Source: Octopus bimaculoides (Eukaryota). From it: DNA of 64,000 nt. How positions within the stretch are numbered: the stretch's first letter is position 1; the number at the start of each line of letters is the position of its first letter. A model generated the notes under the pieces. The model was given only the letters and a program-made list of their open reading frames with translations. It was not told the origin of the DNA and made no database searches. The position numbers and the translations under genes are program-made. Location: positions 103,473,962-103,537,961 of the forward strand of contig NC_068983.1 in assembly GCF_001194135.2 (NCBI RefSeq). The letters are read 5' to 3'. Positions 13,664 to 26,684 of the stretch are shown here, in pieces.

Positions 13664-15015
13664 TGTATTTTGTTAGAAATTTGGTCATGAAAAAGTTAAC
13701 TGGTCAAATTGACAGAATTTTAAACTGTTGATTGGAAAGATTTACAGTTCATATCTTATCATTGATACTGCACTGTTTCTATGATCAGCATAATTAACTG
13801 AGACTGCCTTACAATGAAATAGGTATCATTGATTGTACATATCACCACAGCAAGCAGTGGGAAAACTGCAGAAGTGAGGGATGCTTTGTTAGCTTCAAAT
13901 TCATAGAGAAAATTCCACCATGAGTATCACTTGGAGAAGAATGATCATTGTCAAGCTGACTTGCACAACAGCCCTATGGATTATGGCAGTATTTCTTGAA
14001 GTGTGAATGTGCAACACCAAGGTTCCAGGAGAAAATTCTTGGGTTTTTGCAAGATATGGTACCTTTTAATAAAAATTAATAAAAATTTCTTTTACTAACA
14101 ACAACTATATCCATCATTTTAAAAATAATAGGTTAGGTTGCCACAATAGTTACTGGGTTAAGTGACTTAATTACTCATCTGTATAATCTATGGCCAGGCA
14201 TTTTACTCACTGATCTACTTTCCTGCTAAGGCTATAAAACTATCCAGTCAGACCAGTGGTAGTTAGATTATCCCATACAGATATTCATTAGCAGCAATGT
14301 CTCCTGGAAGTCTTCTGAAACATACCTTGTACTAGGCTTGCTGGAACCATCACTTTGTTCAATCAAAGAAAGTCATATCAACTCACAACCAGTTCCATTT
14401 CTCCTTGACGGGGAGGATATAGAGTTTCAATAATTAGGTCTGACATAGACACTGATATAGAAACACGCTCACATCTGCTTTTTCAAGCAAACTAACCAGC
14501 TTCATACAATATCAATAACAAGTTTATCTTATGCACAAGCACAAATTACACATACACTACTATGTGTGTGTGTATATATATATTTTCATATATATTTAAT
14601 GCGTGTGTATGTCTGTGTGTGTGTATGTATATATATATATGCATGCTTGTATGCGCGTGCACACATAAATGTATGTATATAAATGCAGGTTAATAAGACA
14701 AGCAAGTACAAACACATGGATATATCATAATTTAGTAATATTCAATCACAAATTAAATCATACAGCAACACACTATCTATATGTTTATGCATATAAATAT
14801 ATCTATATAATATATATATACATATATAATATATATATATATATAAATGTATGACTATTTTTTCAATGTTTACAAATAACATGAAAAAAAATAAATAAAT
14901 AGTTACCAAGGTAGCAAAAATTCACACAAGTACCAAGGGTGTAACAGCCTACTTATAAGGGTAGAAACTCCAGGTTTAGGTGAAATGTTTTTGTATAATA
15001 TAGATAAATAAATAA

Positions 15016-15680
15016 ATGGAGGTAAGTGCAGGTGTTATTCAAATCTTTTTACTTCAGACATGTTTCGAAGAAAACATTTTAACAGAATGTGATAACTGCA
15101 TATATAATGAAGGGAATGCTAGCAAGTTTTCCGTATGATAAAGGTAAATCTTTTTGTCTGCTTTGTAACAGTGGAATGTATTTCATCATGTTCTCAGAGA
15201 ATCCTCTTGTAAACACGTTTATAGAACGTGCTTATCATTGCAAACATTGGCAAAAACATACCTTTAGTTCCTATAAGTGATTTCTACTATTCTATAAAAT
15301 TCGGCCTTTGTCTTCTTACATTTCATTTCCACTAAATATATCTACTCCCAAGCCTTTAAGCTTTATTCCTATTCACCTATTGCTCTATATCTCTCCACTA
15401 TTAGTTTTCTGCTAATTTCTTTCTTTTCTCTTCCTTCTCTTTCTATAAACTACCTTTGACGTTATATCTATAATGGTTTTTTTTAAAAGAAACTTGCTAG
15501 CGTTCCCTTCATCATATTCTGTTAAAATGTCTTATTGATGTGTTTGGTTCCTTTCTTTCCCTGATGAGAACATTGCATTGTTTTACACCATTTTATTCCT
15601 TCTGGAATAATACCAATGTTTTCTTTGAAATATATGTCGGAAGTAAAAAGATTTGAATAACAGCTGCATTTAACTCCAAG
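15016..15680. repeat. Palindromic repeat with nested inverted arms, Penelope-like (tentative)
   Basis: 15016-15079 pairs with 15615-15680, and 15075-15130 with 15490-15531. Contains an ACATGTTTCGAAG motif and CTGATGAG at ~15562. Confidence 0.5.
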
Positions 15681-16004
15681 GATATACACGATGAATATAT
15701 ATACATATATATATAATTGATAGAGGAAACGGAAGATGAATTTAGTATGAATTTTTATTCAGCATGACAATCATTTTGACCCATCCTACATCTGTCCGAT
15801 AGGGGCAGGATACTGTGCACTTTGTGTTGCTTTAATCAGTGCAGGCTGTGTCTCTTCAGGTGCTTTGTGCAGAAAAGGATATCCCACTAGATATACTGAG
15901 TTCTCCTTAATATGTATACAAGTCTGACATAGGTGCTGGTACAGAAACACACTCACATCAAGCACTAAAATATTACCATTATCATGCTTTGTTATTGTTA
16001 TCTG

Positions 16005-16490
16005 CATTGATTTTTAACCGGCATGCAATAAGCACCATGCATGCGTGGGTCGTTGCCAGTGCTGCCTGAGTGGCTCCCCATGCCGGTGGCACGTAAAAAG
16101 CACCATCCGAACATGGTCGATGCTAGACCCCCACCCCCACCCACCACGACTGGCTCCTGTGCCAGTAGCACGTAAAAACCACCATCTGAATGTGGCCGAT
16201 GCCAGTGCCACCTGACTGGCTCCCGTGCCGGTGACACGTAAAAAGCACCCACTACACTCTTGGAGTGGTTGGCATTAGGAAGGGCATCCAACTGTAGAAA
16301 CACTGCCAGATCAGATTGGAACCTGGTGCGGCCTCCTAGCTTGCCAGTCNNNNNNNNNNTAGAAACACTGCCAGATCAGATTGGAACCTGGTGCGGCCTC
16401 CTAGCTTGCCAGTCCCCAGTCAAACCGTCCAACCCATGCCAGCATGGAAAACGGACGTTAAACAATGATGATGATTATGATGATGATGAT
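16005..16490 (+). mobile_element. GC-rich SINE-like repeat, family D (three internal tandem units)
   Basis: Same units and (GAT)n tail as 2905-3384; includes a 55-bp false duplication around the N-gap at 16350-16359. Confidence 0.8.
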
Positions 16491-16770
16491 ATATATATAT
16501 ATATATTTGCATGCGTGTGCATGTAAACACACATGAGCAACTGTGCATTAATGTTGATATTCCATGCTTGTCATTGCCTGAGAAAAACAGTGATGCTAAA
16601 TATTTTTCGTCAGTTTTCCTGGTCACTATGCTTTCAAAGAGCAATAGAATGCATACATATATATATATACATATATACATACATAGGATGAATTCTTTTA
16701 TAAGAATTTATCAAGTAGCTAGTGTGAAAAAAACCTCATAAAGAAAAAATCCATCATTTATTCCCCAAAA

Positions 16771-16902
16771 TATATTTATTTATACAAGGGCATTACTATA
16801 CATGAATGCCTCACACTAAGAGGGACTCTTAGCATCCCTCTTAGAGTCCCTCTTAGCATGAGGCATTCATGTATAGTAATGCCCTTATATAAATAAATAT
16901 AT
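16771..16902. repeat. Near-perfect hairpin / TA-flanked MITE-like palindrome
   Basis: Arms 16771-16829 and 16843-16901 are reverse complements with 3 mismatches over ~59 bp; 13-nt loop. Confidence 0.85.
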
Positions 16903-16913
16903 ACATACATATA

Positions 16914-17665
16914 CAAGGATACCTCATTTTACGTAACCCCGATTTATGAAACCTCATCTTTATGAATTGTAGATGAAAAACGAAAAAATTGGTTATCATG
17001 GCAACGAGAGTCACTTCCAGTCTGGCAGCAGTCTGTTACCTTGAGCAATCACCAGCAACTTCTAGCCCACATTTTATCTTCCTTCACTGCATTCATCTTT
17101 TTTTTATTATTTTTATGAATACCCTTGTGATGGCTTCAAAAAGAAAGAATTCTGAGAAGCAAAGCAAGGATAAGAAGAAATGTGAAGCAATTACTTTAAA
17201 AATAAAAGATGAATTGATTAAGCAACACGAGAAAGGTGCAAGTGTTAAAGATTTATCAAAAAATCTGATATGGCTCCTTCATCTAGTTGCATCAACTTGA
17301 AGGAAAAGGCAGGTTATTTGAATAAAAGGAAGGCACTCTAAGTTCCACTTGGTTATGAAGAAAAGATAATGAAAGTTTAATTTTACACGCAGAAAAACTT
17401 TCGACAGCTTGGATTAACAATCAAATTCATAGATTTCATATGCCACTTAGTCAGGCTATAATTTGCTGTGAAGCAATTTCCCTTTTTAACTCGCATAAGG
17501 ATAAATCAGATGGATCAAATGAAACAATTGTAGTGAGCAATGGATGATTTGACAGTTAAAAAAAAAAAACGAGCAAATCCACACAATGTGAAGATCCAAA
17601 GAGAATCATCTAGTGCAGATAAAAAAGCTGCAGAAACATTTCCTCACCAATTAGATTTAATTGTT
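16914..17665 (+). pseudogene. Decayed Tigger/pogo (Tc1-mariner superfamily, CENP-B-type HTH) transposon, 5' part
   Basis: TA|CAAGGATACCTCATTTTACG is a Tigger-like TIR. MASKRKNSEK..AITLKIKDELIKQHEKGASVKDLS, AEKLSTAWINNQ..MPLSQAIICCEAISLFN and HNVKIQRESSSADKKAAETFP parallel the TIGD1/Tigger N-terminus; frameshifts and stops present. Confidence 0.85.
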
Positions 17666-19329
17666 TACACACGCATTATATATATTAATATATATATGTA
17701 TACATAGAGAGTGAGAGAGAGGGAGAGAGAGAGAGATACATACATTCATACACACACTAACAAACATACAAATAAATATATATAAGCCAGTGCCATGTAA
17801 AAAGTATTTGTACTGGTGTCATGCAAAAAGTACTCATGCCAGCAGCACATTAAAAGCACCCAGCACACACTGTAAAGTGGTTGGTGTTAAGAAGGGCATT
17901 CAGACATAGAAACCAAGGCAAATCAGACTGGGAACCTGGTGCATCTCTCCAGCTGCCAGCTTTGGTCAAACTGTCCAACCCATGCTAGCATGGAAAATGG
18001 ATGTTAATGAATGATGATGATAATGATATATATATATATATANNNNNNNNNNNNNNNNNNNNNNNNNNNNNNNNNNNNNNNNNNNNNNNNNNNNNNNNNN
18101 NNNNNNNNNNNNNNNNNNNNNNNNNNNNNNNNNNNNNNNNNNNNNNNNNNNNNNNNNNNNNNNNNNNNNNNNNNNNNNNNNNNNNNNNNNNNNNNNNNNN
18201 NNNNNNNNNNNNNNNNNNNNNNNNNNNNNNNNNNNNNNNNNNNNNNNNNNNNNNNNNNNNNNNNNNNNNNNNNNNNNNNNNNNNNNNNNNNNNNNNNNNN
18301 NNNNTATACATATATATATATATATATTATATACACACACACACACACGCTTATTAATTACCTCGTCACTTAGATATGCAATATTGGTAGTATAAGTATT
18401 ACTGATATTGACGGAAGCTTCAGTACTGTAAGTATGCCAAGTCTATTTTAGACGACAATTAGATGGTAAAGACAGGAAATAAATAAATGAAAACAACTTT
18501 TATTACTCAACAAAACAACAGTACCAGCAACAACAACATTTAATAGGAAGCTTAGCAAAGTCATTTAAAAGTAAATTAATTATAATTGCAAAGATTGTTA
18601 ACTATTGACACTAAGTAGCCAAAGCAGTTTCTCTGGGACAGAGTCTAGCTGAAACATCCAATCAGAATTTAATGTGTAGTTACATACATAGGAGGCTTCC
18701 AATGATGTCAGTATTACTATTAGTATTACAGGGCGTAGTGGGAATAGTGATGGTAATGATATTACTAGGAGTGGTTGAGGTAGTAATATTAATAATATTA
18801 GCAGTGGTGGTGGTGCTGGTGGTAATAATAGTAGTGTCAGTTGTGACAGCAAAGTCTGTGGTTACCAATGTGGTAAAGTTCTTGTGGCATATTGTTTCAG
18901 CTCTAGGTCACGTTTGATTGAGCTTACGCACAAAGATATTTGAGCTATGGCCATCCTATTTTTCTGTCCACCATAACATACATAACTTCAGTCATGTATA
19001 ACTTAATAGCACCAACTTGAATAGTTTTTTAAAGTTATATTTTAGGACACCGTACGTAGCCCATTTGAGTAGGGAGTGGTTGTTTGCTGATATGTATGAA
19101 GGTGTTAGTCAGTTTGTCAGATATTTCTTGGGAACAATTTATCTAGGTATCTATTGAATGTTATGGTGGGGGGGGGGGTATTTCTTCTTTGACTTCTTTC
19201 AGGATAATGTTGAATGAGACAGGACCAGTTGAGGCAACATATAAATATTTGTATATATGTAATATTTTCTTTTCAGTAAATGTCCCTGTTTATTATGTAA
19301 GAAAGATGTACGTAAAAATTCCATACAGT

Positions 19330-19990
19330 GTACCAAATGCAGGCTATGGACACACAAGAGGTGCAGTTAGGTTACTGGAGAATGTAGACTTTGTGACAGA
19401 TGTACCAGATCAATAAACACAGGAGATAGATCTTCTCAAATACTCTGGATGTTTCCTAAAAGCAGTAGATAGTTTCTGTTATCTAGATAACCTAATTAGC
19501 AGTGGCCAAGGCTGTTCTGAAAAAATAGTTTCTAGAATAAGACTATGATGAAGAAAGTTCAGGGAGTTATTAACCCTGTTGGTAACAAAAGGTCTCTCTT
19601 CAAAGTGAAAAGCAGATTGTATGATGCTTGTGTACAAACAGCACTGTTAAATAGTAATGAGACATGGGCTCTGGATGCAGAGATGTAAAGACTAAAAAGG
19701 AATGAAGCTAGGATACTCCAACGAATGTGAAACATCAAGTGTGCATGCACGACAAAGAGCAAATGTGTTGAAAGAAAAACTGGTCAAAAGAGAAATTAGA
19801 TGTAGCGTGCAAGTTAGAAGACTGAGCTGGTATGGTCATGTGATGTATATGGATTACAACAGCTATATAAAGCAGTACTGATCATTTATAGTGGATAGAA
19901 CTTGAAGCAGGAAACCCAGGAAAATATGAGATAATGCAGTGAAGGCTGATCAAGACACTGGGCCTCACGATGGAGATGACAAAGAACCAA
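19330..19990 (+). mobile_element. RTE-clade LINE fragment (C-terminal end of the RT ORF), decayed
   Basis: Translates to AVDSFCYLDNLISSGQGCSEKIVSRIR, LYDACVQTALLNSNETWA and RRLSWYGHVM, which are RTE post-RT motifs; multiple stops. Confidence 0.8.
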
Positions 19991-20913
19991 GATGAGTCTA
20001 GTACAGGAGTTGGTTGATATAACTGGCAGTTCTCTCCACAAAAATGTATGACCATATGTCTATATAAGGACTGAATATAACTTTGTGACTAAAGTTTTAA
20101 AGTAAGCTAACTGAATACTAGGCTCTTTGGTGCAAAGTTCATTTACTACTGCCACTATTATATTAAACAACATGCACTAAATAATCATCTACAATCTCCC
20201 TTACTAAAGTTTTCTAGAACTTGTTTTTCCACCCTATCCCCCACCACGCCCCATCTCTCATTCACTTCTGTTCCCATCAATTATAACCTTCAACATTTCA
20301 AACCAAAATATCAACTGCACCGAATCCCACTCAAATCGTGCAGTAGTTCTACATTAGAAATGGTCTCTGCAGGATATGGGTGGAGTTTTTTCCAAAACAG
20401 CACTTAAAGAGGAGGAAGAGGATGGCAGAAAAAGCGACAAACACACACACACACACAATAGATAAACAAAAAAGAATTGTCTGTGATCCACAATCACCCA
20501 AGAAAGAGGCTTCCCTACAATTGACATAATTAAGTACAATGTTTACTCATTTTAAGTATAATGGTATCTATAATTAGTCCTAAACGGCAAACCCCTTGCA
20601 GCAAATTTTCCAGATGACTTCCAAAATTAGTTAAGGTTTATCTACACTTTGAACTCTGTAAACTAGACAAAATAAATTCACACAATAACCTATTTTCAAA
20701 CGCTTCATTGTATTTCTAGCAAAAAGGCAGAGTGTCATTATAGATAATCCATATTCTTGAATCAGAAAGTTTAGTTAGGCTAATCCAGAACATCTAAAAC
20801 TAATGCTTCATAGTTAACCTTTAACTCATTTATTACTATATTTCTGTTGAAACATACTGCCTCTGTCTCAATTAATTGTGAAAATAATGAAGAACTTTAG
20901 TGAAATAACTTTA

Positions 20914-21221
20914 TCTATAATAATAAATGCGAAATTCTGTCTATCTGCCCATCTGGGACCTCTGTATCTCAGTCTACATTTGCTCTACATAGACATATTA
21001 TACCTTATTGGAATCAGGATGATGCTGGGATTGAAAATTTGCCCTTCGTTTGGTTCTTGAACATCCAGCATTGGAATCCAGTCTGGATGAGGATTTGTTA
21101 CATGCTCACAGTTGAAAATACAAATTTTAAAAGAACTCCAAAAATTTGTGAACTTACAAGTTTTTCATTTAAACTGAATTTGAAATAAAACTATACTGGT
21201 AGGGTACCCATAAGTGCTTTA
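20914..21221 (+). mobile_element. Possible non-autonomous Helitron-like insertion inside a second MITE family
   Basis: Begins A|TCTATAATAATAAATGCGAAATTCTGTCTATCTG (Helitron/HINE-like 5' end). It splits the MITE sequence AATAACTTT(G/A)TCATTA seen intact at ~35885. The 3' CTRR is not intact. Confidence 0.35.
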
Positions 21222-23029
21222 TCATTATTGCACTCTTTAGTTTGGGGCTGTAGGACCAATTAATCCTCCACAGGAACTAGCTTCAAAAAGTCTGCACGGA
21301 ATGTGGCTTTTAAGCTAATGGTTAATAAAATGGTGTTTGCAATATAAATTTAAACAAAACTGTGATAGCAAGTTTTAATTAAGACCACTTTAAAACATGA
21401 AGTTTGTATCGAAGAACCAGGACTGGTCTCAGGTAGGTTGGTATCAAAAGGATTAAATCAAGTTCCATAGTTAAGTTCCAGGCTAAGACAAATTTCATAG
21501 AACTGGTGATTAGCTCCAATCTCTGTAACACTAAATGAATGACAAGGCAAATCTCACTCATCAGATATTAATAATATTAATAATAATAATAATAATAATC
21601 CTTTCTACTATAGGCACAAGGCCTGAAATATGGTGCGAGAGGACCAGTTGATAAGATTGACTCCAGTATGCAACTGGTACTTAATTTATCGACCCCGAAA
21701 GGATGAAAGGCAAAGTCAACCTCAGCGGAATAATAATGATAATAATAATAATGAAGGTTGCATTATATGTACACATATGGCCGTTTGGTTGAGAAGCTCA
21801 TTTTGCAACCACATGGTTCTAGGTTTAGTCCCATTGTGCAAGTGGGCAAGACCTTGGGCAAGTGTCTTGTACTACAGCCCCAAACCAACCGAAGCTTTAT
21901 GAGTTTGATGTACGAAAACTGTATGGAAGGCCTTCAGATATGCACGCATGCGCGTACATGTGTATCTTTGTGTGTCCCCTTTTGACAAGCAGCATTGGTT
22001 TGTTTACATCTCCAAAATTTAGTAATTTGGCTACAGAGACCAGTAGATTTTTAAAAATAAGTACTGGTGGGGTGATTGTTTGAGTAAACCCTTCAAAGAC
22101 AGTGGTCCTGGCATGGCTGCAGTTCAACGACTGGAACATGTAACAGATTAAAGATCAGAAAAAGTAGATCCTGGATAACACTTCAAAGTTGGGATGGTTA
22201 TGTTGGGCAAGACATTGATGATAAGTCTACTCGAGCAGAGATGATCTGGTACTAAACAACAGTAATAATAATGTCAAGCATCTAGTGTGAAACTCTCATT
22301 GTTACTTTAACAACAGAAATAGTAACTAACTTTATATAATATTGCTTCTTCAGACATCATAAGTCTAGAAATTTATCTATAGGAAATGGTGGAGAACGTA
22401 TGACGTCATTGAAGTGAAATATCTATAAGGAACCAGAACCATGTAGTAGAGTAAAACAAACAATTACGACACTCCCGTCATCCTCTTCGATCATGGATCG
22501 CTATCATCATGGCCATGATCATCATCATCATCATCAGCAGCAGCAGCAGCATTAGTATGATGATCATCATCGTCATCATCACCACCAACACCACCACCAC
22601 AATAAGAAAGAGGGAAATGGAGTAGTTTGCTGAAAGACAATGATGAATAGATGAAATCTAGAATAGAATGCCACATGGGTATATTATGCATTTTTGTTTT
22701 ACTTTCCATTGTGTGTTTGTGTGTGTGTGAGAGGGAGAGAGAGAGACAGACAGAATAACTGTGTATGTGATTGTGTATGAATATGTGTATGTACATACGA
22801 GAAAGAGAGAGAAGAAGGAGAAATTGTTTATGTGTGTGTTTACACGTAAGAGAGAGCAACAGAGAACAAACGAAATTTCTAAATAAAGGGTGAACATGTT
22901 TGTGAAAAGCAAGACGATGTAGAAAGGGATTCAATATCATGTGAACGTAAAACAAAACTCCTGTAAAGACACTTCAAATGGTATTCACTGAATGGATTTT
23001 ATTATAATCATGGGAGTATTCAAGTGTTT

Positions 23030-23172
23030 GTGTGTGTGCGTAAACTAAACTGAATGACCTGTTGGTTTCGTTTTGTTTTCTCTCTTATATACACACATAT
23101 GTCACACACAAGTACAAATATATATTCATATATGTATGTATATATGTATATATATATGTGTGTGTGTGTGTA

Positions 23173-23228
<56 letters not shown>

Positions 23229-23234
23229 TATACA

Positions 23235-23268
<34 letters not shown>

Positions 23269-23383
23269 CACACATATATATATGTATATATAAATACAAA
23301 ATACATATATATGTATGTATATATATATATGTATGTATATATATACACACATATATATATATATATATAAATACATATATATG

Positions 23384-23456
<73 letters not shown>

Positions 23457-23676
23457 NNNNNNNNNNNNNNNNNNNNNNNNNNNNNNNNNNNNNNNNNNNN
23501 NNNNNNNNNNNNNNNNNNNNNNNNNNNNNNNNNNNNNNNNNNNNNNNNNNNNNNNNNNNNNNNNNNNNNNNNNNNNNNNNNNNNNNNNNNNNNNNNNNNN
23601 NNNNNNNNNNNNNNNNNNNNNNNNNNNNNNNNNNNNNNNNNNNNNNNNNTATATATATATATATATATATATATAT
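23030..23676. repeat. Compound (TA)n/(TG)n/(CA)n microsatellite with assembly gap
   Basis: Directly visible; source of the Y/I-rich ORFs at 23020-23689. Confidence 0.95.
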
Positions 23677-24309
23677 AACGTTTATGTGAGTGTCTATGTG
23701 TATGTAATATGTGCTTAACTATTTAAAAGTGTGATAAGTATACTAAGAAGGATTGGTTTCTAACGTCAAATGAGAGTGGGGAAATGAAATTAAAATAACA
23801 ACTGTAAAAAGGCGCAAACAAAACTAAAAAACATCAAAAGCAACAAGAGGAAGTGAAATAATTCAAGAGTAACATCAGAGGAAATTGCATGGGACTCGAA
23901 ATTTTCTTCCAAACAAGGAGATGATCTTAACTAAAAGGAACGTTTGTGCTTGCGTGACATGCCTAACAACACGATTGCTTTAACGAGACAAGGGAGCCTC
24001 TATATGATCACTTGACCTGCTAGTAATCTGATGCCTAACCTCCCTCAAATCACACCTTACTGTTTTTAAAAAAGAGAAAAACGGAAAAGACACTATATCT
24101 ATTACTAGTTTCAGTCATTTGACTGCAACCATGCTGGGGTACTTGCCTCGAAGGGTTTTAATCAAATGAATTGACCCCTGGAATTATTTTTTAGGCCTGG
24201 TATTTGTTCTATTGGTCTTTTATACCAAACCACTAAGTTATAGCTGAGATACATGGGCATAAACAAACCAACACAAAATGTCAAGCGGTGGTGGGAGATA
24301 AACACAAAG

Positions 24310-24344
<35 letters not shown>

Positions 24345-24351
24345 CATATAT

Positions 24352-24612
24352 ATCATCATCATCATCATCATCGTTTAACGTCCGCTTTCTATGCTAGCAT
24401 GGGTTGGACGATTTGACTGAGGACTGGTGAAACCAGATGGCTACACTAGGCTCCAATCTGATTTGACAGAGTTTCTACAGCTGGATGCCCTTCCTAACAC
24501 CAACCACTCAGTGTAGAGGGTGCTTTTACGTATCACCTGCACGGAGGCCAGTCAGGTGGTACTGGCAACGGCCACGCTCAAAATGGTGTATTTTATGTGC
24601 CACCCGCACACA
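24352..24612 (-). mobile_element. SINE-like family D, partial copy
   Basis: (ATC)n followed by the reverse complement of the family D 3' region. Confidence 0.75.
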
Positions 24613-26466
24613 ATGAGCTTCTTTTAGTATCCATCCACTAAATCCATTCAGAAGACTTTGATCAGCTGAAGGCATATGCCCAAGGCGCCATACAGTGGGA
24701 CTAAACCCAGAATCATATGGTTGGGAAGAAACCTTCTTACTACAGAGCCCCTAATGTGGTCGTAGATATACCCTCAAAATCAAACAGGTTGGTTCCGGAC
24801 GGAATGTCTTTGATCTTAATCAGGGCTGATGTGGGCCTAAAAAGCAGCAGCGGCAACAACGATTTCATTATCATTTGTTGCTTAGGTATCCTAACACAAG
24901 TTAACTTTGCTGCAAGCTTTCAAACAAGTAAATACCAGCCCATGCTCTCCCTGCTGACACCGTCTGATCTGTGGGGCATTCAAGTTGGGTACTTCAATTT
25001 CATGAGTCTAGAAAAATCCTGGATTGAGCAGTGCCTCTTCCCTCACACTGTCTCATATTAACTTTTATGTGGTATAACAAATTTTAAAACAGAATATTTC
25101 AGTACAAATAAAAAAGGTAGAATAAATATTAATTTTAAATTCTGGCACGTGGCCAGCAATTTCGGGGAAGGGGGTAAATCGGTTACATTAACGCCAATGC
25201 TCAACTGGTACATTTTTTTACTGGCCCCGAAAGGATGCGAAGTAAAGTCAACCTCAGTAGAATTTGAACTCAGAGCATAAAGCCAGAAGAAATGCTGCAA
25301 ACAATTTTGCCAGCTTGCCACCTTAGAAAGGAAGAATAAATATTGATATACCAAGATAACTTTGTGTCTGATGTGGAGAGGGTAAGTTCTAACATTTCAG
25401 ACACAGCCTGTTTCTCTTGAAGGAAAAGGGCAGCACTGTGACAAAGAGAAATAATTTGTCAGAGAGAATATCAAATGTCAGATTTATAGAGTAAAAGGAC
25501 TAAACTACTGAGATGTACATGCCTATTCCAAAGTAATAAAAAAAAGTATTTTCATCATTTGTCTTTAACTTGTTTCAGTCACTGGATTGCAGCCATGCAG
25601 GAACACTGCAACGAAAAGTTTTTAATCTAACAAATTGCCCCCCATTACTTATTTTTAAGCTTGGTATTTATATGCGTCTTTTTGACTAAAATTGCTAAAT
25701 TACAGGATGTAAACAAATCAACACAAGCTGTCATGTGAAAGGAGCACCAAACGTGTGTACATGCACACACACATGCATGCGTACACATGCAGTGGGCTTC
25801 CACACAGTTTCTGTTTACTATATTTCACTCACAAAATAAAAATGGATGAAATGCTGTTAAGTATTTTGTCTAGCATGTTAATGAATTCTACCAGCTCCAC
25901 CACCTTAACCATACTGAAAAGAAAACTGATGAAAAATAATAATAATAATAATAAAGAGATAATTAGCATGAAGTTAACCAAGATAGGATAATAGTAAGTA
26001 CTGGAGGAGAAGTCAATGATGCAGGTTCAATTCTGCCTGGTATTTCAGGTTTCACTATCTTCCTATTGTGAAGGTGCATGGGCTTAGTGGTTAGGGTATT
26101 CAACTCATGACCATAAGGTTGTGAGTTCAATATCCAGCATTTCGTTGTATCCTTGAGCAAGACACTTTATCTTATGTTGCTCTAGTCTACTCAGCTGGCA
26201 AAAATGTGTAGTACCTGTATTTCAAAGGGCCAACCCTGTCATATCCCGAGTCACACTGAATTTCCTTGAGAACTACAATAAGGTTAGGTACGTCTGTAGA
26301 GTGTTCAGCTAACTTGCACATTAATTTCATGAGCAGACTGTTCAGTTGATCAGAACAACTGGGACATTTGTCATTGTAATTGACAGTGTGCCAGTTTTTT
26401 GTTTATATTTCTATTAAAAAGTTTGTTGAAATAAGACATATTTCAGCTACCTTAAGGTAATATTAA

Positions 26467-26684
26467 CCCTTTAGTGTTCAGATTATTCTGTCAAATGTAA
26501 TGCTTATTGATTCACATTGTTTTGAATTGACCATGCAGTATCTCATAGCTTTGAGATTTCGATAATGTGACTTTATTTCTAGAATGACATTGTAGAATAG
26601 GTGCAAGAGAATGGATCTGGTTGATTTGAACATAAAACAAGTAGAATATTTGGGCCTGATATGGCCAGATTAAATGTCAGAGGG
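26467..26684. mobile_element. TTAA-flanked piggyBac-like MITE (family 1)
   Basis: TTAA|CCCTTTAGTGTTCAG ... AATGTCAGAGGG|TTAA. Confidence 0.8.

Noticed and set aside
14387-14446. Minus-strand mini-ORF MSDLIIETLYPPRQGEMELV ending at a GTGAGT donor (second donor at 14325)
   Set aside because: Its upstream part (14439-14476) resembles 15923-15959, so it lies in an interspersed repeat; no recognisable homology.
16295-16414. 55-bp direct duplication around a 10-N gap (likewise at 29433, 36350 and 48803)
   Set aside because: Identical sequence on both sides of fixed-length gaps is an unmerged contig overlap, not biology.
17966-18373. Long ORFs across N-runs (also 40369-40750, 55719-56739, 62324-62644)
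   Set aside because: Open only because Ns contain no stop codons.
23020-23689. Tyr/Ile-rich ORFs up to 201 aa
   Set aside because: Translations of (TA)n microsatellite in all frames.
24717-25061. 114-aa plus-strand ORF
   Set aside because: The N-terminal half is SINE and repeat sequence (similar to ~37885-38070); the remainder has no recognisable domain or start context.
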